A stretch of DNA of 64,000 nt from assembly GCA_026986785.1 (NCBI GenBank), contig JALSNW010000044.1, forward strand, positions 13,520 to 77,519, read 5' to 3'. Below the pieces are notes generated by a model. That model ran no database searches, was not told where the DNA came from, and saw only the letters and a program-made list of their open reading frames with translations. The stretch is from Deltaproteobacteria bacterium (GTDB lineage Bacteria > Desulfobacterota > Dissulfuribacteria > Dissulfuribacterales > QOAL01). Every line of letters starts with the position of its first letter. Position 1 is the first letter of the stretch. The position numbers and the translations under genes are program-made. Below, piece by piece: positions 1-9,270 of this stretch.

Positions 1-677
1 AGGTGGTCGAAGGGTGTGTCCCCAAAGCTGGCATAACCTGTGGCAAGATGCCTGTATTCGCCGTGATCGCTTGGAACCGTAACCTTGCCATTCTTGTAGC
101 GGCTCCTGACCTTATACCAACCATAGCTTCCCCCAGCAGATCCCGAGGGCTTGCGGGATGGCCCCTTGGTAATGATATTTATCACCCCTGCCATTGCATC
201 GCTGCCATAGAGGGCAGATCCCGGTCCTTTCACGATCTCGATACGCTTTATCATGTTCACAGGGATCTGGTTGAGACCTATGCCATATTCCCCCATACCA
301 CCGCTTTGGCCTGAGCCTGTCATCCTTTGGCCATCCACGAGGACGAGGCCATAGCCATCATTGAAGCTGAGTCCACGCATAGTGGCCCTCCATGTGTAAG
401 TGCCGAATATATCGTCATGAACAGAGGTAGCTATACCCGGCACCTGCCGTAGCACGTCAAGGACAGTCTGGGCATTGGTCCGCTCAATGTCTTTTTGTGT
501 TATGACTATTGTATCTACAGGCACCTCCTTTAGGGCATGGGGGGTCTTGGTAGCAGTCACTACCACCTCACCCAGCTCCAAGATATCGTCATGGGTGTCT
601 CCTGGCCCCTGGGCCAACACTATTCCGTGAAAAAAGACGCAGAATACCCCCAAGACAGCAAAAAGTGTCCTAAACAT
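1..677 (-). CDS. TonB-dependent outer-membrane receptor, N-terminal part (signal peptide + plug); continues beyond window edge
   Basis: Not in the ORF track; hand-translated from ATG at 677 after AGGAGG: MFRTLFAVLGVFCVFFHGIVLA...EVVVTATKT...VLRQVPGI...VLVDGQR...IKRIEIVKGPGSALYGSDAMAGVINIITK, which are canonical TonB-box and plug motifs. Confidence 0.92.
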   Translation of the reverse strand, partial: MFRTLFAVLGVFCVFFHGIVLAQGPGDTHDDILELGEVVVTATKTPHALKEVPVDTIVITQKDIERTNAQTVLDVLRQVPGIATSVHDDIFGTYTWRATMRGLSFNDGYGLVLVDGQRMTGSGQSGGMGEYGIGLNQIPVNMIKRIEIVKGPGSALYGSDAMAGVINIITKGPSRKPSGSAGGSYGWYKVRSRYKNGKVTVPSDHGEYRHLATGYASFGDTPFDH

Positions 678-787
678 GGAAAAACCTCCTCTCCTGGGCC
701 AAATCCAGATCCTATGACCATGACAACCTGGGCATGGCACCTGGATTCAGACCTCTTATTTGATGTTTTGTTTTTCCAGCGCTGGAT

Positions 788-814
788 GTAGCACGTAATT
801 TATTTACGTGCTAC
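788..814. promoter_or_regulatory. Perfect 11-bp inverted repeat, probable repressor operator (NikR-like geometry)
   Basis: GTAGCACGTAA-TTTAT-TTACGTGCTAC, immediately downstream of the -10 box of the TonB receptor promoter. Confidence 0.7.
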
Positions 815-815
815 G

Positions 816-844
816 ATTATTGACTAAAAAGAAAAAAATTGCAA
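816..844 (-). promoter_or_regulatory. sigma70-type promoter of the TonB receptor
   Basis: TTGCAA-17 nt-AATAAT on the minus strand. Confidence 0.5.
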
Positions 845-922
845 GAAGAAATCGCACCCATAAAGGGAATAGGGGGAAGAAGATATGACAGTCCAGGAGG
901 CAAATATCCCAGGGCAGACTAC

Positions 923-2479
923 TCAGCTCTCATCTGCCGCCATAGCCCATATTCTGGGCAGCCAATCGGCCACCTCCCCTGCCAGGTACCCAAAGGGACC
1001 TTGTACCTTGGCAATGAGATCTGCTGCCTTCCCGTGGACAAAAACCCCTATCCTTGCTGCATCCCATGGGGAATAACCCTGAGCAAGAAGTGCCCCAATT
1101 ATACCGGTGAGGCAATCGCCCATACCGCCTGCACCCATGCCAGAATTGCCACTGGCATTTATAGATACCTTCCCAGAGGGGTCAAAAATCACAGTGGAAT
1201 ATCCCTTTAGGACAACTGTAGTCCCTGTCTCTGTAGCCAACCTTTTTGCAGCGCCTATCCTGTCTGCCTGAACCTCTTTTACAGTGCAGTCCAGGAGCCT
1301 GGCCATCTCTCCTGGATGGGGTGTCAATATCCTTGGGTGGCTGCATTTTTTTACTACCTCGAGGGCACCTACCAAGGCATTCAGACCATCGGCATCGACC
1401 ACCAAGGGAAGGGGACAGCGGCTCATCACCTCTTGACAAAAGATGGTGGCCTCCCTGGATAGACCAATGCCAGGCCCTATACATACTGCCCTTTTTCTCT
1501 CGTATAGATCCACAAGACCATCTACCGCATGGAAACTCGGCTCCCCTATGGGCGTTTCCATCAGGCCTTCGGTCATGGCCTCGGTAAGTTTACCAGCGAT
1601 TATGAACTGGGAACTCCTCGGGGCTGCCACGGTGACAAGACCGGCCCCACTTCTGAGCGCACCCTGGGCGGCAAGACAGGCCGCACCTGTCTTGCCCCTG
1701 GAACCTCCTATGATCAGCAGGTGCCCAAAGGTCCCCTTGTGGCCATCAACAGGTCTGGGTTGAAAACAAGCCTTGAACTCGTCTTCCTGAAAGAATTCAG
1801 CATAATGTGCTGCCTTGGCTATGGAAGCTGCCGGGATACCTATATCAACTACGCATAGCCTGCCTGTATAAAGCCTGCCTGGCCAGTTGACATGCCCTAT
1901 CTTGGCTGCGGCCATGGTGACTGTACAATCTGCCCTTACTGCAACACCAAGGACAGTACCATCATCCGAGGACAGGCCAGAGGAAATATCAACGGCCAAG
2001 ATGCGGGCAGCACTATTGTTGATCATTGAGATGGCCTTTGCGAAATGGCCTGTAACCTGGCGGCTCAGGCCCGTACCGAATATGGCGTCGACGATTACAG
2101 GACAGGTTTCAAAAAGGGATTGACGTTCCAAGACACTGACCTCATCTGGACATTCGTAGATCTCAATCCCCATGTTCCTGCAAATATTTAGATTTGTCAG
2201 GGCGTCTGCCTTGAACTTCTCCATCTTAGAGAGACAAATCACCCTGACTAAGACACCTTTTTCCTTGAGGTATCTTGCAATCACAAAACCATCCCCACCG
2301 TTGTTTCCTGGACCTGCCACCACCAGACAGCCCCCGAGTAGATCATCTGAAAACTGGCTTGTCAATATATCACAACAGCCCCTGCCGGCGTTTTCCATCA
2401 ACACTATTCCCGGTATCCCGAGACCTTCAATGGTTTGTCTGTCCAGTTCCTGCATGGTTTTTGCGTCCACCAAGAGCAT
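923..2479 (-). CDS. nnr: Bifunctional NAD(P)H-hydrate epimerase/dehydratase (NnrE-NnrD)
   Basis: LMENAG, GPGNNGGDG, VDAIFGTGL, HKGTFGH, DADGLN, LTPHPGEM, GGMGD motifs; ATG 2479 preceded by GGAGG. Confidence 0.93.
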   Translation of the reverse strand: MLLVDAKTMQELDRQTIEGLGIPGIVLMENAGRGCCDILTSQFSDDLLGGCLVVAGPGNNGGDGFVIARYLKEKGVLVRVICLSKMEKFKADALTNLNICRNMGIEIYECPDEVSVLERQSLFETCPVIVDAIFGTGLSRQVTGHFAKAISMINNSAARILAVDISSGLSSDDGTVLGVAVRADCTVTMAAAKIGHVNWPGRLYTGRLCVVDIGIPAASIAKAAHYAEFFQEDEFKACFQPRPVDGHKGTFGHLLIIGGSRGKTGAACLAAQGALRSGAGLVTVAAPRSSQFIIAGKLTEAMTEGLMETPIGEPSFHAVDGLVDLYERKRAVCIGPGIGLSREATIFCQEVMSRCPLPLVVDADGLNALVGALEVVKKCSHPRILTPHPGEMARLLDCTVKEVQADRIGAAKRLATETGTTVVLKGYSTVIFDPSGKVSINASGNSGMGAGGMGDCLTGIIGALLAQGYSPWDAARIGVFVHGKAADLIAKVQGPFGYLAGEVADWLPRIWAMAADES

Positions 2480-2484
2480 GCTGT

Positions 2485-3294
2485 TTATTCCTCCACTGTG
2501 TATCCGTTTCTGACTGCCCACAGAAAGATGCCCAATATTATCAGGGCTAGACTAAGCAGTTGACCCATGGTGACCCAACCCAAGGCCACGAAACCGAGCT
2601 GGGGATCAGGCTCACGAAAAAATTCCAAGATGAATCTAATGATACCATATCCTATGAAAAAGAGAGCAGTTTTCCGGCCAGAGGGCCAAGGCTTTTGACG
2701 AAGGGGCCAAAGCAGGCAGAACAACACCACACCCTCCAGCACGGCCTCATAGAGCTGAGAGGGATGGCGTGGCACAAGCCCTCCATCGGGAAATATCATT
2801 GCCCAGGGAACATTGGTGGGCCTCCCATATAGCTCACCATTTATAAAATTCCCCAGCCTGCCCAATCCAAGGCCAATTGGTGCCGTTACGCAGAATCGAT
2901 CAGACCACTTGAAAAAATTGGTTCCATACCTCTTGCAATATAACCAGCCAGCGAGCAGGGCACCAGCAGCACCACCGTGAAAAGACATACCGCCATGCCA
3001 GGTGGCCAGGATCTCCAAAGGATGATGGATGAAGTATGGCAGGTTATAGAACAAGACATAGCCAAGACGACCACCAATGATCACCCCTGCAACCAGCCAA
3101 ACCAGCATACCTTCCAGCAGCTCTTGTTCCCTGGCAATCCTGTCGTGGTTACCAGGCCCCAATTCTTCACGTATCTGTTTCTTCACCAGAAAGAAGGCGG
3201 CAACAAAGCCAAAAAGATACATGAGCCCATACCAGCGCAAGGCCAACGGCCCTATATGCACGATGACAGGATCTATCCTTGGATATGGTATCAT
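2485..3294 (-). CDS. lgt: Prolipoprotein diacylglyceryl transferase
   Basis: RWYGLMY, GGRLGYVLFY, GMSFHGG, GRLGNFINGELYG, HPSQLYE. Confidence 0.97.
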   Translation of the reverse strand: MIPYPRIDPVIVHIGPLALRWYGLMYLFGFVAAFFLVKKQIREELGPGNHDRIAREQELLEGMLVWLVAGVIIGGRLGYVLFYNLPYFIHHPLEILATWHGGMSFHGGAAGALLAGWLYCKRYGTNFFKWSDRFCVTAPIGLGLGRLGNFINGELYGRPTNVPWAMIFPDGGLVPRHPSQLYEAVLEGVVLFCLLWPLRQKPWPSGRKTALFFIGYGIIRFILEFFREPDPQLGFVALGWVTMGQLLSLALIILGIFLWAVRNGYTVEE

Positions 3295-3301
3295 GGAGGA
3301 T

Positions 3302-3754
3302 TCAATGACCCGATCTCTTGTCCCTTAACTTCTTGAGGCTCAAAAGCCTGGAGCCACCGCCCCTGGGACCGCCATCGGGAGAATGATCGTCATCTGTTGG
3401 AGGGGACTGTTTGCCCCCTGAAAGGCCCTTGCCCAAAAGCTGGTTTATCAGAAGAAGATACTGGCTCCTCAAGGCAGGAGCAATATCATGTTCCAGCACG
3501 AAATATGCGACCCTCCTCCTTTGTACCCTAATGGAGGAGGTGGTCATTGCATTTACCACATGGGGCTGCAACATGACACCTCTTTGTTGATCAAAACTGA
3601 CTGAGCAGGGAAAATATAGATCAAAAAAAGCGGATTTTTCCAGGGCGAATAGCACTGTCTCCGTCTGTTTATTGTATCGGATCTCTCCAAGGAGCAACCC
3701 TACTCCTGATAGTTCCACCAGAACGAGCTCCCTTGCATTCTGCCTTAATTTCAT
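3302..3754 (-). CDS. Hypothetical protein (150 aa)
   Basis: Fills the pcnB-lgt gap, ATGA-type overlap with pcnB stop; no recognised motif. Confidence 0.6.
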   Translation of the reverse strand: MKLRQNARELVLVELSGVGLLLGEIRYNKQTETVLFALEKSAFFDLYFPCSVSFDQQRGVMLQPHVVNAMTTSSIRVQRRRVAYFVLEHDIAPALRSQYLLLINQLLGKGLSGGKQSPPTDDDHSPDGGPRGGGSRLLSLKKLRDKRSGH

Positions 3755-5082
3755 GAAGCCTTGTCCTCCGAATCACCTTTTTTGTGCCTTTTGGACATGT
3801 TCCTTTTTCTTCCCCTCCTGCGCCTGCCCCTTGGTTTCTTTTTGGATAGCTTTCGAATACTTTCAACACATATCTCTTCTCTTCCCAGGGCATCCTGAAG
3901 ACAATTGTATAGCTCAAGGGCCTCTGGAAATGTAGCCTTGTTATAGACCCTCTTCTGCCAGCTCTTTTTCCCTGCACAGAAGTCCAATGGCCAATGACTT
4001 GACAACAACTGGGCCATCAAATCCCTATCCGATCTCTTGAAGTCATAAGGTAGAAACAGGGTATCCAATATGGCCCGCACCTCATAGGTTGGCCAACGAA
4101 CCTTCTCTGGCTTCAATATCTGCCACTCTGGCATGAAGTGGAGAAAGGGACTGGCCAGGGCGGAAAGGAAAAAGGCATCACTAAACTGGCGTCCCTCTTT
4201 CACCATATGATCCACCCTTGCCAAGACCTTGAAAAGTATCCCCCTGATGGCCTTGCCATGTCTGCTGTCCAAAAGGCCTTTGAATGCAGGCAGAACCTGG
4301 TGAAACAAGCCGGAATCGATCATGTAGTGACTCCAGGGGGCACTGAATCCAGATTTTAGATCCTTCAACCACTCGTCCCTGACCCTGGGCACTGCACACA
4401 GCTTGATCTTTGAGATATGAAGGCAAAGGGCCTGCCATGTGCCTTGATCTATGGTAAAGCCTGTACGCGCTGCATGGCGGATTGTCCTCAGCATCCTCAC
4501 TGGATCTCTGATAAAACGCCGCTCTGGATCTCCGATGGTCCTGATTATGCCCTGTTTCAGGTCCTCCATTCCACCCACGAAATCAATTATGCCAAAATTT
4601 GCAATATTGTAAAACAGACCATTGATGGTAAGATCCCTCCTGAAGGCATCTTCTCTCGGGGTACCAAAGATATTCTCTGCCCCCAAACCCTCCCGGGCAG
4701 CCTCTCTGTCGTCCAATTCTATCTGTTTTCTGAACGTGGAGACCTCTATCACCTTGCCACCGCGAAAGTAGACATGAACCAGGCGAAATCTCTTGCCAAT
4801 GATACGACTATACCTAAAAAGCCTCCTGATTTCTTCAGGTGTTGCATCAGTGCCTATGTCAAAATCCTTAGGGACCTTGCCCAAGAGAAGGTCTCTCACG
4901 CTTCCACCCACGAGGTAGGCTAGGTATCCATGATCTTTCAACCTGTAGAGGACCTTCAAGGCCTCTCTATCTATGTTCTTACGACTGATACAATGATGGG
5001 GCCTGTCGATGAATCTGGGCTTTAGCTCCATGTCCTTGAAAAGGCAAAGCTGGCCGTCTTCTTGGCTCTTGGGCCTTTCCAT
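3751..5082 (-). CDS. pcnB: Poly(A) polymerase I
   Basis: VGGSVRD, KDFD, PAP signature IIGKRFRLVHV, RRDLTIN, DPVRMLR, basic C-terminal tail; start uncertain (ORF opens at 5175). Confidence 0.9.
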   Translation of the reverse strand: MERPKSQEDGQLCLFKDMELKPRFIDRPHHCISRKNIDREALKVLYRLKDHGYLAYLVGGSVRDLLLGKVPKDFDIGTDATPEEIRRLFRYSRIIGKRFRLVHVYFRGGKVIEVSTFRKQIELDDREAAREGLGAENIFGTPREDAFRRDLTINGLFYNIANFGIIDFVGGMEDLKQGIIRTIGDPERRFIRDPVRMLRTIRHAARTGFTIDQGTWQALCLHISKIKLCAVPRVRDEWLKDLKSGFSAPWSHYMIDSGLFHQVLPAFKGLLDSRHGKAIRGILFKVLARVDHMVKEGRQFSDAFFLSALASPFLHFMPEWQILKPEKVRWPTYEVRAILDTLFLPYDFKRSDRDLMAQLLSSHWPLDFCAGKKSWQKRVYNKATFPEALELYNCLQDALGREEICVESIRKLSKKKPRGRRRRGRKRNMSKRHKKGDSEDKAS

Positions 5083-5178
5083 GAAAAAGCAGTTCCGTTT
5101 CTTTTTCCGCCTGTGATTTTTCAGTAGACGACGACTATATTTTCTGGGTGGCGACATAACAATAAGAGGAGGCAAGCA

Positions 5179-6798
5179 TCAACGGGACTTTTTAAAGGCG
5201 TTCGTATCAATTCCGTATTTTTTGATCTTGTAATTGATGATCCTTAGGCTCGAATTTAGGAGCCTTGCTGCCTTTGTCTGGTTCCCTCCAGTCTCTGAAA
5301 GGGCCTCCATTATCAACTCCTTTTCAAAACCTGCCACAGCATCTGCAAAGGATTTTCTCCGACTGGACAACTCTCCATCTTCACCAGAAAGCTGAAGACT
5401 GGCAGGCAGATGGTGTATCCTCAAGACATTTTCATCACAGATTATAATGGCTCGCTCAATATAATTTTGAAGCTCCCTAACATTTCCAGGCCAGTTGTAC
5501 TGCATGAGACAATCCAGGGCAGCCTTGGAAAAACACTTGATCTGCTTGCCATGCTCCTTTGAAAATTTCTCCAGGAAGTGTTCTGCCAATAGGATTATAT
5601 CTGTCTTCCTCTCCCTCAGAGGCGGCAGATAAATCGGGAATACATTTAGACGATAATACAAATCCTCTCTGAATTCACCTCTTTCCATGGCCTCTTCGAG
5701 ATTCTTGTTCGTTGCTGCAATGATCCGGCAGTTGATCCTGATGGTCTTTGTATCACCAACCCTTTGAAATTCTTTGTCCTGGATAACGCCGAGGAGCTTC
5801 ACCTGGACACTGTGAGGTAGATCCCCTATTTCATCGAGAAAGATAGTCCCCTTGTTGGCGAGCTCGAATCGCCCCTTTTTTTGCTGAATAGCACCTGTGA
5901 ACGCCCCCTTGGCATGGCCAAATAGTTCACTTTCAATGAGGGTCTCTGGCAACGTGGAACAATTGACGTTTACAAAAGGGCCCTTGGCCTGGCGACTGTT
6001 GAAATGTATGGCCTTTGCCACCAGGGACTTACCAGTACCGCTTTCACCCCTCAAAAGGACAGTGGCATTGCTTTCTGCCACACGCTGAACCATCTCGTAG
6101 ACCTCTTGCATCTGGCTGGAATTGCCTATTAGGCTGCCGACCCGATATTTCTCAGCGAGGGCCATTCGCAATTTCCTATTTTCACTCAGCAATGACTGCC
6201 TTTCCACGTTGGCTTCGTGTAGACGAATCACCGATTGGGCAATCAGGCTGCTTATAATGGTAAGAAGCCTCAAATCGTCCTCGAGAGAGACATCAGGGGC
6301 TGCATACCGGTCGATACTAAGGGCACCAATGGTATAGGAGCCATGATTGATGGGCACACATATAAATGACACGGGCCTGTCCTGTCTTGAAACAGCCCTG
6401 GTCCTGGTGCGATTCAAAAATCTTGGATCCTTGGTGATATTTGGAATGACAATGGGATCACCCGTGGCGACAACGCGACCAGTTATACCTTCACCCAATT
6501 TATAATGGCCACGCCTCCTGGCCTCTGCAGTGAGTCCATGGGCCACTTCTATCTGGAGTTCTGAAGAACCTGGCTTGAGTAGAGTTATCGTGCCTCTGAC
6601 CATGCCCAGGTGATCTGCCATTATCTCCAATACCTTGTTGAGGGCTGCCTTGAGCTTCAGATTGCCGGAAAGGGCCCTGGTCACCTCATAGAGACATGAC
6701 AATTCGGTTATCTGACGTCTTTCAGACAGCTTTCCCCCATGAAAATAATCTATTTCCTGTGCTCGACGGCCCTTTTTCATAAGCAGACACTTGGTCAT
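5179..6798 (-). CDS. sigma54-dependent activator, GAF-AAA+-HTH (NifA-like)
   Basis: N-terminal GAF (GEGITGRV), GESGTGKS, ESELFGH-GAFTGA, FLDEIG, WPGNVRELQN, C-terminal HTH; start uncertain. Confidence 0.92.
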   Translation of the reverse strand: MTKCLLMKKGRRAQEIDYFHGGKLSERRQITELSCLYEVTRALSGNLKLKAALNKVLEIMADHLGMVRGTITLLKPGSSELQIEVAHGLTAEARRRGHYKLGEGITGRVVATGDPIVIPNITKDPRFLNRTRTRAVSRQDRPVSFICVPINHGSYTIGALSIDRYAAPDVSLEDDLRLLTIISSLIAQSVIRLHEANVERQSLLSENRKLRMALAEKYRVGSLIGNSSQMQEVYEMVQRVAESNATVLLRGESGTGKSLVAKAIHFNSRQAKGPFVNVNCSTLPETLIESELFGHAKGAFTGAIQQKKGRFELANKGTIFLDEIGDLPHSVQVKLLGVIQDKEFQRVGDTKTIRINCRIIAATNKNLEEAMERGEFREDLYYRLNVFPIYLPPLRERKTDIILLAEHFLEKFSKEHGKQIKCFSKAALDCLMQYNWPGNVRELQNYIERAIIICDENVLRIHHLPASLQLSGEDGELSSRRKSFADAVAGFEKELIMEALSETGGNQTKAARLLNSSLRIINYKIKKYGIDTNAFKKSR

Positions 6799-7225
6799 CT
6801 TTCCTCTATTATTGCGAGGCAACTTTACAAGTTTATTACAATTTTGCAATATTTTTAAGATCTGCTAACAAAAGACTGCCCCTGAGAAATTGAAGATCTT
6901 GTCCAAGAACAAGGTGCATGAGAAAAAAAATAGAGACATCCTATTGATATTTCGAGGGTTATTTTTTGAGTGCAATACAGTCATCGTGCAATAGGACAAC
7001 CTTTGGAAGTAGATAAAGGAAAATACAGGCCCATAAGATAGCTTGGCACTATGACCTACAAAAGAGTGAATCCCGGAAACCTTTGAAGCCTTCCAAAAGT
7101 TAATGTAAAATATTGGAACCTGGTATCAGAACTTCCATACAGGTTATCAGGATCAACACTCAACCCAGGGACTCCAGTTGGTTGCAGTCCAAGACCACAT
7201 ATCTTCTTAGAGAAAGGAGACAGCC

Positions 7226-8236
7226 ATGGAAAACACAGGAATTACTGTCACAGAACATCTCCTGCTCCATCAAAAGCAGAGCCCGATGGCCACAGGCCAG
7301 TTCACCAGGCTCCTTACAGAATTGATATTTTCTGCGAAAATCATATCCAGGGAAGTGAACAAGGCAGGTCTTGTGGATATCCTTGGCCTTACCGGAGAGA
7401 TAAACGTCCAGGGTGAACAGGTAAGAAAACTGGACGACTTTGCCAATCGTGTACTTATCTACCGGATGCAGCAAGCGGGGATACTTTGCGCCATGGCATC
7501 AGAAGAGAATGCAGACATTATCGAGGTACCTGAAGACCGTCCAAAAGGCGACTATTTGCTTGTCTTTGATCCCCTGGATGGCTCTTCGAATATTGATGTG
7601 AATGTCAACATTGGCACCATATTCTCTATCAGGAAAAAAACCAGTGACAGGAATTATGTAACCCTCGACGATTTCTTACAAAAAGGCTCTACACAGGTAG
7701 CAGCCGGCTATTTCATCTATGGCCCAAGCACCATATTGGTATATACCACAGGGAACGGGGTGGATGGATTTACCCTGGATCCATCTGTAGGTGAATTTCT
7801 ATTGTCTCATCCATCCATCAAAATCCCAGAACGGGGGAAGGTCTATTCTGTAAACGAGGCCTATACATGCTATTGGGACGAAAGGGTCAAGGCTACAGTC
7901 AACTATTTCAAGAGCCCGGAGAATGACCGGGGCAAGCCCTACACCTCCAGGTATATCGGCAGCCTGGTGGCTGATTTTCACCGGAACCTTTTCTATGGAG
8001 GGATCTTCATGTATCCTGCTGACAAAAAGGATCCCGCCAAACCCCATGGCAAACTGAGGCTCCTGTGCGAAGCCGCCCCTCTGGCATTCGTAGTGGAACA
8101 GGCAGGAGGAGCAGCCACAGACGGTACGCGCCGCATCCTAGATATCAAGCCAACAGCACTGCATCAGAGAGTACCCCTGTTCATAGGCAGCAAAAAGGAT
8201 GTGGAAAAGGCCACTGATATAATGTCAGGGATCTGA
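7226..8236 (+). CDS. fbp: Class 1 fructose-1,6-bisphosphatase
   Basis: [37 protein letters not shown]. Confidence 0.97.
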   Translation: MENTGITVTEHLLLHQKQSPMATGQFTRLLTELIFSAKIISREVNKAGLVDILGLTGEINVQGEQVRKLDDFANRVLIYRMQQAGILCAMASEENADIIEVPEDRPKGDYLLVFDPLDGSSNIDVNVNIGTIFSIRKKTSDRNYVTLDDFLQKGSTQVAAGYFIYGPSTILVYTTGNGVDGFTLDPSVGEFLLSHPSIKIPERGKVYSVNEAYTCYWDERVKATVNYFKSPENDRGKPYTSRYIGSLVADFHRNLFYGGIFMYPADKKDPAKPHGKLRLLCEAAPLAFVVEQAGGAATDGTRRILDIKPTALHQRVPLFIGSKKDVEKATDIMSGI

Positions 8237-8390
8237 AAAGCAATGGCTCCTCCATGGCATGCGATAAGGCCTACCGGGCTTGTATTTTCTCAGTAAATGA
8301 TAATATTGCTGGAGGCAGATGATTGAATTTTAACAATACTTAAGGTAAGCAAAACACTAAACACTACAACAAGGAGATATCATTCGTATC

Positions 8391-9251
8391 ATGAACAATG
8401 TTCTTAAGACCTTTATATTACTTGCTGGCCTCACAGGCCTCTTCATGGTGGTTGGCAGGATGCTTGGCGGCCAACATGGAATGATGATCGCGTTTGTAAT
8501 AGCTGCTGCAATAAATCTTGTTACCTACTGGTTCAGTGACAAGTTTGCCCTTAAGATGAGTAGGGCAAGGCCTGTCAGCGAACAAGAGGCCCCCCAACTA
8601 CACGCCATAGTGGCCAGCCTGGCCCAAAGGGCAGGCCTGCCAAAGCCAAGGGTCTATATAATCCATAGCCAGACTCCCAATGCCTTTGCTACCGGCCGAA
8701 ATCCAAGCCATGCTGCCGTGGCAGTGACTGAAGGCCTCCTTCAACTCTTGAACAGAAAAGAACTGGAAGGGGTACTGGCCCACGAACTTTCCCATATCAA
8801 GAACAGGGATATCCTTATAAGCTCCATTGCTGCCGTAATAGCTGGGGCCATCAGCTATATTGCCTCCATGGCCCAGTGGGCCATGCTCTTCGGCGGCAGC
8901 CTTGGCGGTTCATCAGACGATGATGACGGCGGTGGCATAGGGGTATTACTAATGATGATAATTGCACCCTTTGCCGCAATGCTGATTCAAATGGCCATTT
9001 CAAGAAGCAGGGAATTTCTGGCCGATGCCACCGGGGCAAAGATCTGTAGCTGCCCAGAGTATCTGGCAGGTGCACTAAAAAAGCTGGAAGAGTGGAACCA
9101 TAAAATACCCATGGATGTCAATCCGGCAACAGCACAGATGTATATCGTAAACCCCTTGACAGCCTCTTCCATTGCAAAGATTTTCAGTACCCATCCACCT
9201 ATTGAGGAACGCGTTCAGAGGCTCATGGCCATGGCAACCCAGATGCACTGA
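8391..9251 (+). CDS. htpX: Zinc metalloprotease HtpX (M48)
   Basis: PNAFATGR, HELSH, SRSREFLAD, STHPP. Confidence 0.96.
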   Translation: MNNVLKTFILLAGLTGLFMVVGRMLGGQHGMMIAFVIAAAINLVTYWFSDKFALKMSRARPVSEQEAPQLHAIVASLAQRAGLPKPRVYIIHSQTPNAFATGRNPSHAAVAVTEGLLQLLNRKELEGVLAHELSHIKNRDILISSIAAVIAGAISYIASMAQWAMLFGGSLGGSSDDDDGGGIGVLLMMIIAPFAAMLIQMAISRSREFLADATGAKICSCPEYLAGALKKLEEWNHKIPMDVNPATAQMYIVNPLTASSIAKIFSTHPPIEERVQRLMAMATQMH

Positions 9252-9270
9252 TACATCTTCCAAAATCAAA

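Noticed and set aside
3..791. Plus-strand ORFs 3..314 and 537..791
   Set aside because: Antisense shadows of the minus-strand TonB receptor, which has clear motifs and an RBS
5179..6849. Calling the activator nifA
   Set aside because: GAF-AAA-HTH architecture is shared by many deltaproteobacterial activators and no nif genes are present
7043..7060. TTGGCAC as a sigma54 promoter for fbp next to the NifA-like activator
   Set aside because: No TTGC at the -12 position
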